Origin: Actinomycetota bacterium
Lineage (GTDB): Bacteria > Actinomycetota > Actinomycetes > Propionibacteriales > Nocardioidaceae
Assembly: GCA_049323155.1 (NCBI GenBank)
Contig: JBMOMG010000164.1
Coordinates: 28,358 to 92,357, forward strand
Reading direction: 5' to 3'
DNA: 64,000 nucleotides
The position numbers and the translations under genes were made by a program. Position 1 is the stretch's first letter. Every line of letters starts with the position of its first letter. Under the pieces are notes generated by a model. It was not told the DNA's origin. It saw only the letters and a program-made list of their open reading frames with translations, and made no database searches. This document shows, piece after piece, positions 56,521 through 64,000 of the stretch.

Positions 56521-57492
56521 GTGCGCGCAGCCATGATCACCACCCTTGAGGGCCCCTCCAGCGTCCAAGTGCATGAGGTGGCGTCTCCCGTCCCTGACGC
56601 TGGCGAGGTGCTCATCGAGGTACACGCCGCAGGCGTTGCCTTTCCCGAAGTCCTGCAGAGCCGCGGCCTCTACCAGCTCAAGCCCGACCTGCCGTTCATC
56701 CCCGGCGCAGAGGTAGCTGGAATCGTTCGAGCATGCCCCGACGGCTCCGGCCTGGAGGTCGGGGACCGGGTGGCCGCCCTTCCGCTGCTGGGGGGGTTCG
56801 CCGAGCAGGTCTGCGTTCGCAACGACTTGGTCTTCCCGCTCCCGGACTCAGTGAGTTTCGAGCAGGGCGCGGCGATGATCTTCAACTATGGGACGGCCTA
56901 CTTCGCCCTCCTCGAGCGTGGTGGTCTGGTTGCGGGCGAGTCGGTCCTCGTGCACGGTGCTGCCGGCGGGATCGGAACCGCGTCCATTCAGGTGGCTAAA
57001 GCCTTCGGCGCGTCACGGGTCATTGCCGTGACCTCCACGGATGAGAAGGGGAAGGTCGCCGTCGAGGCTGGAGCTGACGAGTACGTACTGGCGGACGGGT
57101 TCAAGGACGCGGTCGCCAGAGCCGGCGGCGTCGACATCGTGGTGGACCCGGTGGGTGGTGACCGGTTCACTGATTCCCTCCGTTGTTTGAAGGAGGACGG
57201 CCGAGTGCTGGTCATCGGTTTCACGGCGGGAGAGATCCCGCAGGTTCGGGTGAACCGACTCCTTCTGAACAACATCTCAGTCGTGGGGGTGGGCTGGGGT
57301 GCATACGTCCTGCCCAAGCCCGGCCATGTCGCCTGGGAATGGGAGCAGATGCTGCCTCACCTAGAGAACGGCGCACTCGCGCCGGTCGTCGGCACATCTC
57401 TACCGCTGGAGGCAGTCACCGACGCCCTCCATCTGATTGACACCCGGCGGGCGCAAGGGAAGGTGGTCCTGAACCTTCGCGGCAAGCGCTGA
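56521..57492 (+). CDS. NADPH:quinone oxidoreductase / zinc-type alcohol dehydrogenase family
   Basis: MRAAMITTLEGPSSVQVHEVASPVPDAGEVLIEVHAAGV...VLVHGAAGGIGTASIQVAKAFGA. Confidence 0.9.
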   Translation: MRAAMITTLEGPSSVQVHEVASPVPDAGEVLIEVHAAGVAFPEVLQSRGLYQLKPDLPFIPGAEVAGIVRACPDGSGLEVGDRVAALPLLGGFAEQVCVRNDLVFPLPDSVSFEQGAAMIFNYGTAYFALLERGGLVAGESVLVHGAAGGIGTASIQVAKAFGASRVIAVTSTDEKGKVAVEAGADEYVLADGFKDAVARAGGVDIVVDPVGGDRFTDSLRCLKEDGRVLVIGFTAGEIPQVRVNRLLLNNISVVGVGWGAYVLPKPGHVAWEWEQMLPHLENGALAPVVGTSLPLEAVTDALHLIDTRRAQGKVVLNLRGKR

Positions 57493-57924
57493 TGCGCATT
57501 CTGACGATCCCCTTGTGTCGACAGCCCACAGGCACGAGGGAAGAAGCGACACGACGTCCACAATCGGCCCTTGCCCTCTTCGGCCGAACCGTCAACAGAT
57601 CCGCTGACCGCGGTCCGGTCAAACGACCCGAGGCATGTCCCCGGGTTTGCGACAGCCTCCAAGGGCCCTCGTAGCGTGGACGGGCGCTGGGTGCACCCAG
57701 CCCCTGCGTGCCCGGCGCAGTTCCCCGCCTGACGCGTCATGATCGGCACGCTGGGCGCGACCTCTGAGCCAGTGTCGAGACGCTGAAGCGTCAGGCACAG
57801 AGCAATGCCGCTCCCCACGCGCGGACGCATCCGCCTCGTGCCTACCTATGCGCGTCGGAATGCGGTAGAAAGTCCGAAATACTCGCCTACGGTCGATGAC
57901 GCCACGAGGCCACAGGGGGAAGTC

Positions 57925-59046
57925 ATGAACACACACGGGTATGACCCACTGACCAGCGTCATCCCCGCACTTCTCGACCAAGCGGGCATCGGGCTGGCAG
58001 TGATGGATGCCAACGGACACCTCATCGTGCTCAACGACGCCCTCGGCGACATGCTGGGCCACCCCTACGAACCAGTCGCCCACGACGAGCTGCCCACGCT
58101 CTACCCGCTCTACACCGAGACCGGACTCCGAGAACTCGAAGCCGAGGAGTTCCCCCTCGTCCGCGCCTGGTACGGCGAGAGGATCTCGAACGCACACGTC
58201 CTCGTCAAACGCCCAGGGCACACCCCTCGACACCTCCGAGCCAACGCCATCCCCCTCCCCAGCGTCGACGGCACCCGCCGAGGTGCGCTCGTCCTCGTCG
58301 AAGACGTTACCCACGCCCGCGAGGGCGGCACTGCGTTCGCCGAACTTCGCGACGTCCTCATCACCAGCCTCAACCACGAACTCCGAACACCACTGAGCAC
58401 TATCCTCGGACACACCGAGCTCCTCGAGGACGTCGACGACCTACCCAAACCGCTGGCCACCTCGATGAACGCCATCCAACGAGCCGCTCGACGCCTCGCC
58501 GCGGTCGCAGACGACGTCAGCACCCTCGTCGAGCGACAGGCCGGCAAGAGCAGCAGCGTCAACGTCCGCACCATCGACCTACCCAGCCGCGACGAAGATG
58601 GCCCGACCTATCGGTCCACCCGGTACACCGTCTTCCCATCTGGGTGGGAGCGGATCTCCGACGACCAACGCCGGGACTGGCGCGTCACAGTCGAGGACGC
58701 AGGCGATGGATGGGCGGTCCGGTGGCGCAGCCGCTGCCTGAACTACCGCTACGAGTGGGAGTTCGAACCTCGCGCCGGCAGCCGCACTGACGACTTCCTC
58801 AAGCGCTGCCGGTTCAGCGAGCGCGCGGCCATCAATCGCGCGAAGCGCGCTGTGGACGAGCTCGTGATCGACGGCATGACGTTCGAGGAGTTCGTCGCCC
58901 ACGTCCGAGAAGAAGCGGCCGCTCGGGCCCGCGCAGCACTCGACGAGGGTGTATCCAGCTCTCCCGGTGATCCTCATCCCACTCGTCCGGTCCTCCCTCT
59001 GCAACGGCGCCTTCGCAAGAGGCGACCCCAACGCCCTCCGGGCTAG
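57925..59046 (+). CDS. PAS plus HisKA (phosphoacceptor) domain protein lacking a recognisable HATPase_c domain
   Basis: Trimmed to ATG 57925. PAS-like LLDQAGIGLAVMDANGHLIVLNDALGDMLG. H-box LITSLNHELRTPLSTILGHTELL. The C-terminal 180 aa show no N/G1/G2 box. Confidence 0.6.
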   Translation: MNTHGYDPLTSVIPALLDQAGIGLAVMDANGHLIVLNDALGDMLGHPYEPVAHDELPTLYPLYTETGLRELEAEEFPLVRAWYGERISNAHVLVKRPGHTPRHLRANAIPLPSVDGTRRGALVLVEDVTHAREGGTAFAELRDVLITSLNHELRTPLSTILGHTELLEDVDDLPKPLATSMNAIQRAARRLAAVADDVSTLVERQAGKSSSVNVRTIDLPSRDEDGPTYRSTRYTVFPSGWERISDDQRRDWRVTVEDAGDGWAVRWRSRCLNYRYEWEFEPRAGSRTDDFLKRCRFSERAAINRAKRAVDELVIDGMTFEEFVAHVREEAAARARAALDEGVSSSPGDPHPTRPVLPLQRRLRKRRPQRPPG

Positions 59047-59402
59047 TGCCGAGGCCATCACGGGCCAGACGCGACTGGCAGTTGACAGAACGATCTAGCT
59101 TTCAACGCCGGAGTGATATAGGCACTCTCTCTGCGCGCCGGCGAGAGGATTCACTGAACCATCAATGCCTGGAGTTCGGGATTCGGTCACTTCCTCGCCG
59201 GCGGGCGGTGTTGCCAGGCCGCATCGTGCAGGGTCCCCCTCTTCGGTTGCGTGTCTTCGCACCCGTCGCCGCTGCAACGGTCAGCCATCTTTCAATCCCT
59301 TACGACTTCGCATACGCGCCGGGAAGGCTGAACCATCTCGCGTCACACACCCCGCCGGGGCCATCCGCACGGTTCACGCGGCGGCGAAGTAGCCGCTCAC
59401 TC

Positions 59403-59624
59403 TCACCCGGGGATGTTCCGCGGGTCGTTGCCGTAGCTGTTGCGCTCAGCGATCTTGCCGTCGAGGTTCTTGATGATGTGCTCGACTTTGAGATCCTGCG
59501 CCATGGCGCGCCCCTCGGCGACCGCCTGCTCCTTGGTGTCGAACCCTTCGCTGACCTGGTCGGTCCCCTCGACGACGTTGTACCACTTGCCGTCCTTGTG
59601 CAGGGTCTCGATGTCTCCGCGCAT
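59403..59624 (-). CDS. DUF2188-like small protein
   Basis: AGGAGG 7 nt upstream of ATG 59624: MRGDIETLHKDGKWYNVVEGTDQVSEGFDTKEQAVAEGRAMAQ. Confidence 0.6.
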   Translation of the reverse strand: MRGDIETLHKDGKWYNVVEGTDQVSEGFDTKEQAVAEGRAMAQDLKVEHIIKNLDGKIAERNSYGNDPRNIPG

Positions 59625-60369
59625 GCCAAGGCCTCCTTGCGTCTGGCTAACGTGGCCGTGGAGTTACCCGGCTGTGAGGTCCCGAAACGGGCAAGCGAAG
59701 GAGCGCACACTGAGGTTCGGCGCAGGCATCGTGTGGTGCGGTGGGGCGGAGCCGCCTTCCTCGCAGCACCAACACTAGGGGCTTCGTTGTGCAGTCACCG
59801 TCCCAGGGTGTGGGGCGGCGGGGCGCTGATCCCGACGGATTAGTCGCCGGCATCGCAGCGCGGAGAGCCGACGATCGAGTGATCCGCACGACACCGCCTG
59901 CACACCGCCGCTGGCTCCCCTAGCCTTGCCCGGGCACGCACCCAGACCCCGTGTTGTGCCAGTCGTGGCCCCCGGCACCGCTATCGCCGGAGGGGTGCGA
60001 CGGATCCAGGATCAACCAACGCTCTCGCTTGGGCACAGCGCTGTCGCGCAGCGAGACTGGGTCTCCAATCACGGCACCCAGGCGACCGGGCGCGCGAGCC
60101 GCTGCCAGGTAGCGGTCATTCGGTAGAACCACTGGGACTCCGCGCGGTCCGAGCCCGCTCAGCGTGGCGACCCAGCGGCACAGCGTGTAACTCGAGCTCG
60201 GTCTCGGCCGCCAGCCTGAGGCCCGCGCGGCAGGCCTGCGCCCCGCAGCGTTACGTCTCCCCAGCACCACAGATGCGGTCGCCCGTTCCGTCCCAGCTAG
60301 GAAGAAAAGCCGGCCGGCTCCTCTCCATCCGGTCCCGCCTGACTCGAACGTGTGTGCGAGTGACGTGCG

Positions 60370-60660
60370 ATGCTGGTGGGTGTGGCGGGAGGAATGCAGA
60401 GCAAGCGGGGAAGCGGACTGCCCATGTCCGAGCGGGTGCGACTCGGCTCCTCCGACGCGATGGCGTGTCCCGCCCGGCACTGCTGGGTAACGGCGGCTGC
60501 GGACGGAGGGGCACGACGACCGGGCCTTCTGCTGGAGTGGCGGCAGGCCTCTGGCGGAGACCGCTGGCAGGGACGGGTGGTCTACGCGGCACAACTGCGG
60601 GCCGGCGAGTGGGCGCTGGTCGAGGAGTGGGTCGACGCGACGCTGCTCGCCCCGGCGTAG
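60370..60660 (+). CDS. Hypothetical small protein (start uncertain)
   Basis: ORF track only. A hairpin plus T-tract lies about 135 nt downstream. Weak support. Confidence 0.25.
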   Translation: MLVGVAGGMQSKRGSGLPMSERVRLGSSDAMACPARHCWVTAAADGGARRPGLLLEWRQASGGDRWQGRVVYAAQLRAGEWALVEEWVDATLLAPA

Positions 60661-60795
60661 GATCCGCCTGCTCACTCAAGGCCGGCTGGCCCCCGGGCTA
60701 CTTCTCGGCCGGGCCACCCACTCAAACTTCCCCACGTATTCCCCACGGACAGCCGCAAACCACCGGATCTGGCCGGATGCAGCCGGACAACGACG

Positions 60796-60838
60796 AGGGC
60801 CTCCGACGGGGCAAACGCCCTGGTCAGAGGCCCTTTTC
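60796..60838 (+). terminator. Rho-independent-type hairpin followed by TTTT, adjacent to the tRNA 3' end
   Basis: AGGGCCTC (60796-60803) pairs with GAGGCCCT (60827-60834). There is an inner GGGC/GCCC stem, then TTTT at 60834-60837. Confidence 0.45.
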
Positions 60839-60843
60839 GGTGT

Positions 60844-60926
60844 GTGGCAGGTGCAGGATTCGAACCTGCGTAGGCATACGCCGACGGATTTACAGTCCGC
60901 TTCCATTGGCCGCTCGGACAACCTGC
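60844..60926 (-). tRNA. tRNA-Tyr (anticodon GTA), long variable arm, CCA not encoded
   Basis: Minus strand reads GGCAGGTTGTCCGAGCGGCCAATGGAAGCGGACTGTAAATCCGTCGGCGTATGCCTACGCAGGTTCGAATCCTGCACCTGCCA. Acceptor GGCAGGT/ACCTGCC, anticodon loop CTGTAAA, T-loop GGTTCGAATCC. Confidence 0.9.
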
Positions 60927-61032
60927 CATGCCAGGCCCCGGTTAGCCTGGGGACTCAGCGACACGAAAGAATACAGCAGCCCCACTCGATGACTAAATCG
61001 GGCAGCTTCTGCCCCGGGAGGATCCGCACACC

Positions 61033-61524
61033 ATGGCCGACTCGTCGTTCGACATCGTCAGCAAGCTCGACCTGCAGGAGATCGACAACGCGATCAACCA
61101 GGCCCAGCGCGAGATCAGCCAGCGCTTCGACTTCAAGAACACCGGCGCCACGATCGAGCGCTCCGGCGACCACGCCGTCGAGATCTCCGCGAACGCCGAC
61201 GACCGGGCGACCGCCGTGCTCGACGTGTTCAAGGACAAGCTCATCAAGCGCAACCAGTCGCTGAAGATCCTCGACGCCGGCGAACCGCGCCAGTCCGGCA
61301 AGGAGTCGAAGATCACCGTCGCGCTCAAGGAGGGCATCTCCCAGGAGAACGCCAAGAAGATCGGCAAGCTGATCCGCGACGAGGGCCCCAAGGGCGTCAA
61401 GGTCCAGGTCCAGGGCGACGAGCTGCGGGTCTCGGGCAAGAAGCGCGACGACCTTCAGGAGGTCATCGCGCTGGTCAAGGCGCAGGACTACGACTTCGCG
61501 GTGCAGTTCACCAACTACCGCTGA
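61033..61524 (+). CDS. yajQ: YajQ-family nucleotide-binding protein (UPF0234)
   Basis: [37 protein letters not shown]...[27 protein letters not shown]. Confidence 0.9.
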   Translation: MADSSFDIVSKLDLQEIDNAINQAQREISQRFDFKNTGATIERSGDHAVEISANADDRATAVLDVFKDKLIKRNQSLKILDAGEPRQSGKESKITVALKEGISQENAKKIGKLIRDEGPKGVKVQVQGDELRVSGKKRDDLQEVIALVKAQDYDFAVQFTNYR

Positions 61525-61535
61525 CGCTTCGTTGA

Positions 61536-61561
61536 GTACGACGGTCACGTGACCGTCGTAC
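61536..61561. repeat. Perfect 26-bp palindrome between yajQ and the permease gene
   Basis: GTACGACGGTCAC|GTGACCGTCGTAC, beginning 12 nt after the yajQ stop. Confidence 0.9.
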
Positions 61562-61657
61562 CGCGGTGACGCCCGCCCCGGCATCTCGCTAGCATGCATC
61601 GGCTGCCCTCTCGCACGGCGCAGCCCCCTGCACACGTGACGATGACGGGAGCTGCAC

Positions 61658-63136
61658 ATGTCCTTCGGCTGGAAGGTCGTCCACGGCGGGAAGACCCCGC
61701 CTCCGGGTGAGGCCGTCGCACCGGAGGAGCGACTGTCGTGGGGCCGGACCGCCGGGCTCGGCGCGCAGCACGTCGTCGCGATGTTCGGCGCGACCTTCGT
61801 GTTCCCGATCCTGATGGGGCTCAACCCGCAGCTGGCGATCATGATGAGCGGGATCGCGACGATCCTGTTCCTGCTGATCGTGCAGGGCAAGGTGCCCAGC
61901 TACCTCGGCACCAGCGCGTCGTTCGTCGGCGGTTCGGCGGCGATCTACGCGCAGGGCGGTGACCCTGCCGACGTGACGGGCGCGGTGCTGGTCGCGGGTC
62001 TCGTGCTCGCGCTCGTCGGCGTGCTGATCCACGTCTCCGGCACCGCCGTGCTGCACCGGCTGCTGCCTCCGGTGGTGACCGGCGCGGTCGTCATGCTGAT
62101 CGGCTTCAACCTCGCGCCGGTGGTCTCCTCGGTGTACTGGCCCCAGGACCAGTGGGTCGCGCTGCTGACGATGACCGCCGTGATCCTGATGGCCGTCGGG
62201 CTGCGCGGCTTCCTCGGGCGGATCGCGATCTTCCTCGGCCTCGTCTTCGGCTACGCCCTGTCGTGGGTCTTCGATCGGTTCGGCAAGGTCACCTCGGTGC
62301 TGCCCGGTCAGAACCTGCTCGGCCCCGACGGGCAGCCGTGCGATTCGGAGGGCCCCTACTGCGTGGCGACCGCGTTCGCGCACGACCGGGTCGACTGGAG
62401 CCGGGTCAAGGAGGCCGACTGGTTCGGCCTGCCCCCGGTCAGCGACTTCGCCAACGGCGTCGTCGGCTTCCACACCCCCACCTTCAGCCTCGCGTTCGTG
62501 CTGCTGATGCTGCCGGCGGTGATCGCGCTCGTCGCCGAGAACACCGGGCACGTGAAGGCGGTCGCCGAGATGACCGAGCGCGACCTCGACCCGGTGATGG
62601 GCCGGGCGATCGCTGCCGACGGTGCCGCGACGGTCCTCGCCTCGGCGGTCGGCGGCGGCCCCACCACGACGTACGCCGAGAACATCGGCGTCATGGCGGC
62701 CACCCGGGTGTACTCCACCGCGGCGTACTACGTGGCGGCGCTGACCGCGATCCTGTTCGGCCTCAGCCCGAAGTTCGGCGAGGTCATCTCCGCGACACCC
62801 GGCGGCGTGCTCGGCGGGATCACCGTGGTGCTCTACGGGATGATCGGCCTGCTCGGCGCGAAGATCTGGGCCGAGAACGGCGTGGACTTCGCCAAGCCGG
62901 TCAACCTGGTCCCGATCGCCGCCGGCATCATCATCGCGATCGGCGACACGACCCTGCGGATCACCGACGACTTCGTGCTGTCCGGCATCGCGCTCGGCAC
63001 GATCGTCGCGCTGGTCGCCTACCACCTGGCGCGAGTCGTGGCGCCGGCGGAGATGCGCGACGACGGTGCTGTCCTCGTGGTCGGCGGGCCCGGTGCGCAG
63101 CACGAGGACGAGATCCCCGGCCGCAAGCACGACTGA
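61658..63136 (+). CDS. NCS2-family nucleobase (uracil/xanthine-type) permease
   Basis: GLGAQHVVAMFGATFVFPILMG...LGTSASFVGG...TTTYAENIGVMAATRVYS. 492 aa, polytopic. Confidence 0.85.
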   Translation: MSFGWKVVHGGKTPPPGEAVAPEERLSWGRTAGLGAQHVVAMFGATFVFPILMGLNPQLAIMMSGIATILFLLIVQGKVPSYLGTSASFVGGSAAIYAQGGDPADVTGAVLVAGLVLALVGVLIHVSGTAVLHRLLPPVVTGAVVMLIGFNLAPVVSSVYWPQDQWVALLTMTAVILMAVGLRGFLGRIAIFLGLVFGYALSWVFDRFGKVTSVLPGQNLLGPDGQPCDSEGPYCVATAFAHDRVDWSRVKEADWFGLPPVSDFANGVVGFHTPTFSLAFVLLMLPAVIALVAENTGHVKAVAEMTERDLDPVMGRAIAADGAATVLASAVGGGPTTTYAENIGVMAATRVYSTAAYYVAALTAILFGLSPKFGEVISATPGGVLGGITVVLYGMIGLLGAKIWAENGVDFAKPVNLVPIAAGIIIAIGDTTLRITDDFVLSGIALGTIVALVAYHLARVVAPAEMRDDGAVLVVGGPGAQHEDEIPGRKHD

Positions 63137-63205
63137 CTCGGCCGCCGTACCCGGCCCCTCGCCCACGCGTGGGTAGTTCGTGAGCAAGACGCGCTGCGCT
63201 GGTTC

Positions 63206-64000
63206 TCAACCGCCGGCGGAGAACGACCGGACCTGGGCGCGGACGCCGGGCCGGGCATCGGGCTGGTGGGCCCACCCGGCCACCGCGTCGCCGCCACCCA
63301 GGATGGCCGCCGTGGGTCCGAAGGCGTCCCCGCGCAGCGGTGACAGGGCCGTCGCGGGCGTCCACCGCGAGGACCGCGGCCGGAAGGCCACCTGGGCCGG
63401 GTGGTCGCGGTCCCGTTGGCCGTAGGCCTGCCAGGTCAGGACCGCGTCACCGCGCCGGTTCACGGCCAGGTCGACGCCGTAGTACGCCGTCCTTGCCGGT
63501 GCTACGCGTTGCTGCTGCCACGCGCCGCCTGGGGGCAGGGTTGCCGCCCGGATCGCGCCGGCGCCGTTGGCCCACCCGACGGTCACCGCACCGTCCCCGG
63601 CCAGCCCGACGTCGCACCACCACACATCCGCCTTCAGCGCGAGCGTGTCCCCGGTCAGGTTCCAGCCGCGGCCGCGCTCCCAGCGCGCGAGCTCGATGCC
63701 GACCTCCTCCAGGGCCCAGACCACGGCGACGTCACCGGCGGCGGTGGCCGCGATCTCCGGGCTGCCGGGTTGGGCCGTTCCGGTGCTGAGCGCGCGTGTT
63801 CGAGTCCACCCGGACGCCGGCTGCCGCGAGGCGGTCCTCACCAGCCAGCGGTGACCGTTCGACTCGTTCCACACGACCGTGACTCTGCCGGCCCGGTCGA
63901 CGGTGACCGCAGGAGATCCAGCCGGCCGGTCCAGGTCGGACAGGGCCCGGGTGCGGCTCCACCGCTCCCCCTTGCCGACGACGGCTTGGATCCGGTTCGC
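63206..64000 (-). CDS. Hypothetical repeat protein (beta-rich, recurring G-D/R-x-xVVW units); open to the window end
   Basis: The frame of ORF 63206..63874 stays open to 64000 (manual check, no stops). Recurring units are WSRTRALS...GRVTVVW, WTRTRALS...GDVAVVW, GDAVLTW and GDAVAGW. Confidence 0.45.
   Translation of the reverse strand, partial: ANRIQAVVGKGERWSRTRALSDLDRPAGSPAVTVDRAGRVTVVWNESNGHRWLVRTASRQPASGWTRTRALSTGTAQPGSPEIAATAAGDVAVVWALEEVGIELARWERGRGWNLTGDTLALKADVWWCDVGLAGDGAVTVGWANGAGAIRAATLPPGGAWQQQRVAPARTAYYGVDLAVNRRGDAVLTWQAYGQRDRDHPAQVAFRPRSSRWTPATALSPLRGDAFGPTAAILGGGDAVAGWAHQPDARPGVRAQVRSFSAGG

Noticed and set aside
59920-60992. ORFs 59920..60675 (-) and 60273..60992 (+), one of which runs across the tRNA-Tyr gene
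   Set aside because: Arg/Pro/Gly-rich translations, mutual overlap, and overlap with a clear tRNA. Not coding.
1-64000. CRISPR arrays, rRNA genes, reverse transcriptase/retron-like loci and long tandem repeats
   Set aside because: None were seen. The only regular repeats found are the IS21 end motifs, the 21-bp direct repeats at 2128-2190 and short palindromes in intergenic regions.

Overview
High-GC (actinobacterial-type) chromosomal segment dominated by a roughly 46 kb integrative conjugative element (ICE, about 2.1-47.9 kb). The ICE lies between a liv-type branched-chain amino acid permease pair on the left and a dpp-like peptide ABC transporter / acyl-CoA metabolism cluster on the right. 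The ICE backbone is clear. It has a DUF2637-like membrane protein, an HTH protein and a MobF relaxase at 2.2-7.7 kb. A translationally coupled minus-strand transfer operon at 20.3-30.1 kb encodes a DnaB-N-domain protein, a DUF4913-like protein, a VirD4-type coupling protein, a VirB4-like ATPase, an SCO6880-like protein, a polytopic membrane protein, a small membrane protein and a secreted cell-wall hydrolase. Xis and a tyrosine integrase sit at 46.2-47.9 kb. Two lower-GC cargo islands sit inside it. Island 1 (7.8-20.3 kb) carries a HARE-HTH-like gene, an Mrr-like nuclease gene with a small membrane partner, and a gene broken by an in-frame TAG. It also carries an IS21-family element with a 5-bp target duplication and a frameshifted istA, a Kiwa-like kwaA/kwaB pair, an unexplained 1032-aa protein and an IS110-family element. 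Island 2 (30.7-46.2 kb) carries an SRA-like/HNH nuclease, vsr, a translationally coupled dptF-dptG-dptH-like trio (596/456/1662 aa) divergent from a Dcm-type C5 cytosine methyltransferase, a two-gene operon of unknown function, a Nudix hydrolase, an XRE regulator and a duplicated zinc-ribbon protein. The most interesting signal is that the DptFGH-like restriction module is bracketed by dcm and vsr, with no dnd/ssp phosphorothioation genes anywhere in the 64 kb. Right of the ICE are ordinary genes: enoyl-CoA hydratase, dppABCDF-like genes, an acyl-CoA synthetase, TetR, a quinone oxidoreductase, a PAS-HisKA protein lacking a kinase ATPase domain, a DUF2188-like gene, tRNA-Tyr, yajQ and an NCS2 permease. 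All family assignments rest on motif recognition by eye; no searches were run. The ICE att sites were not found.
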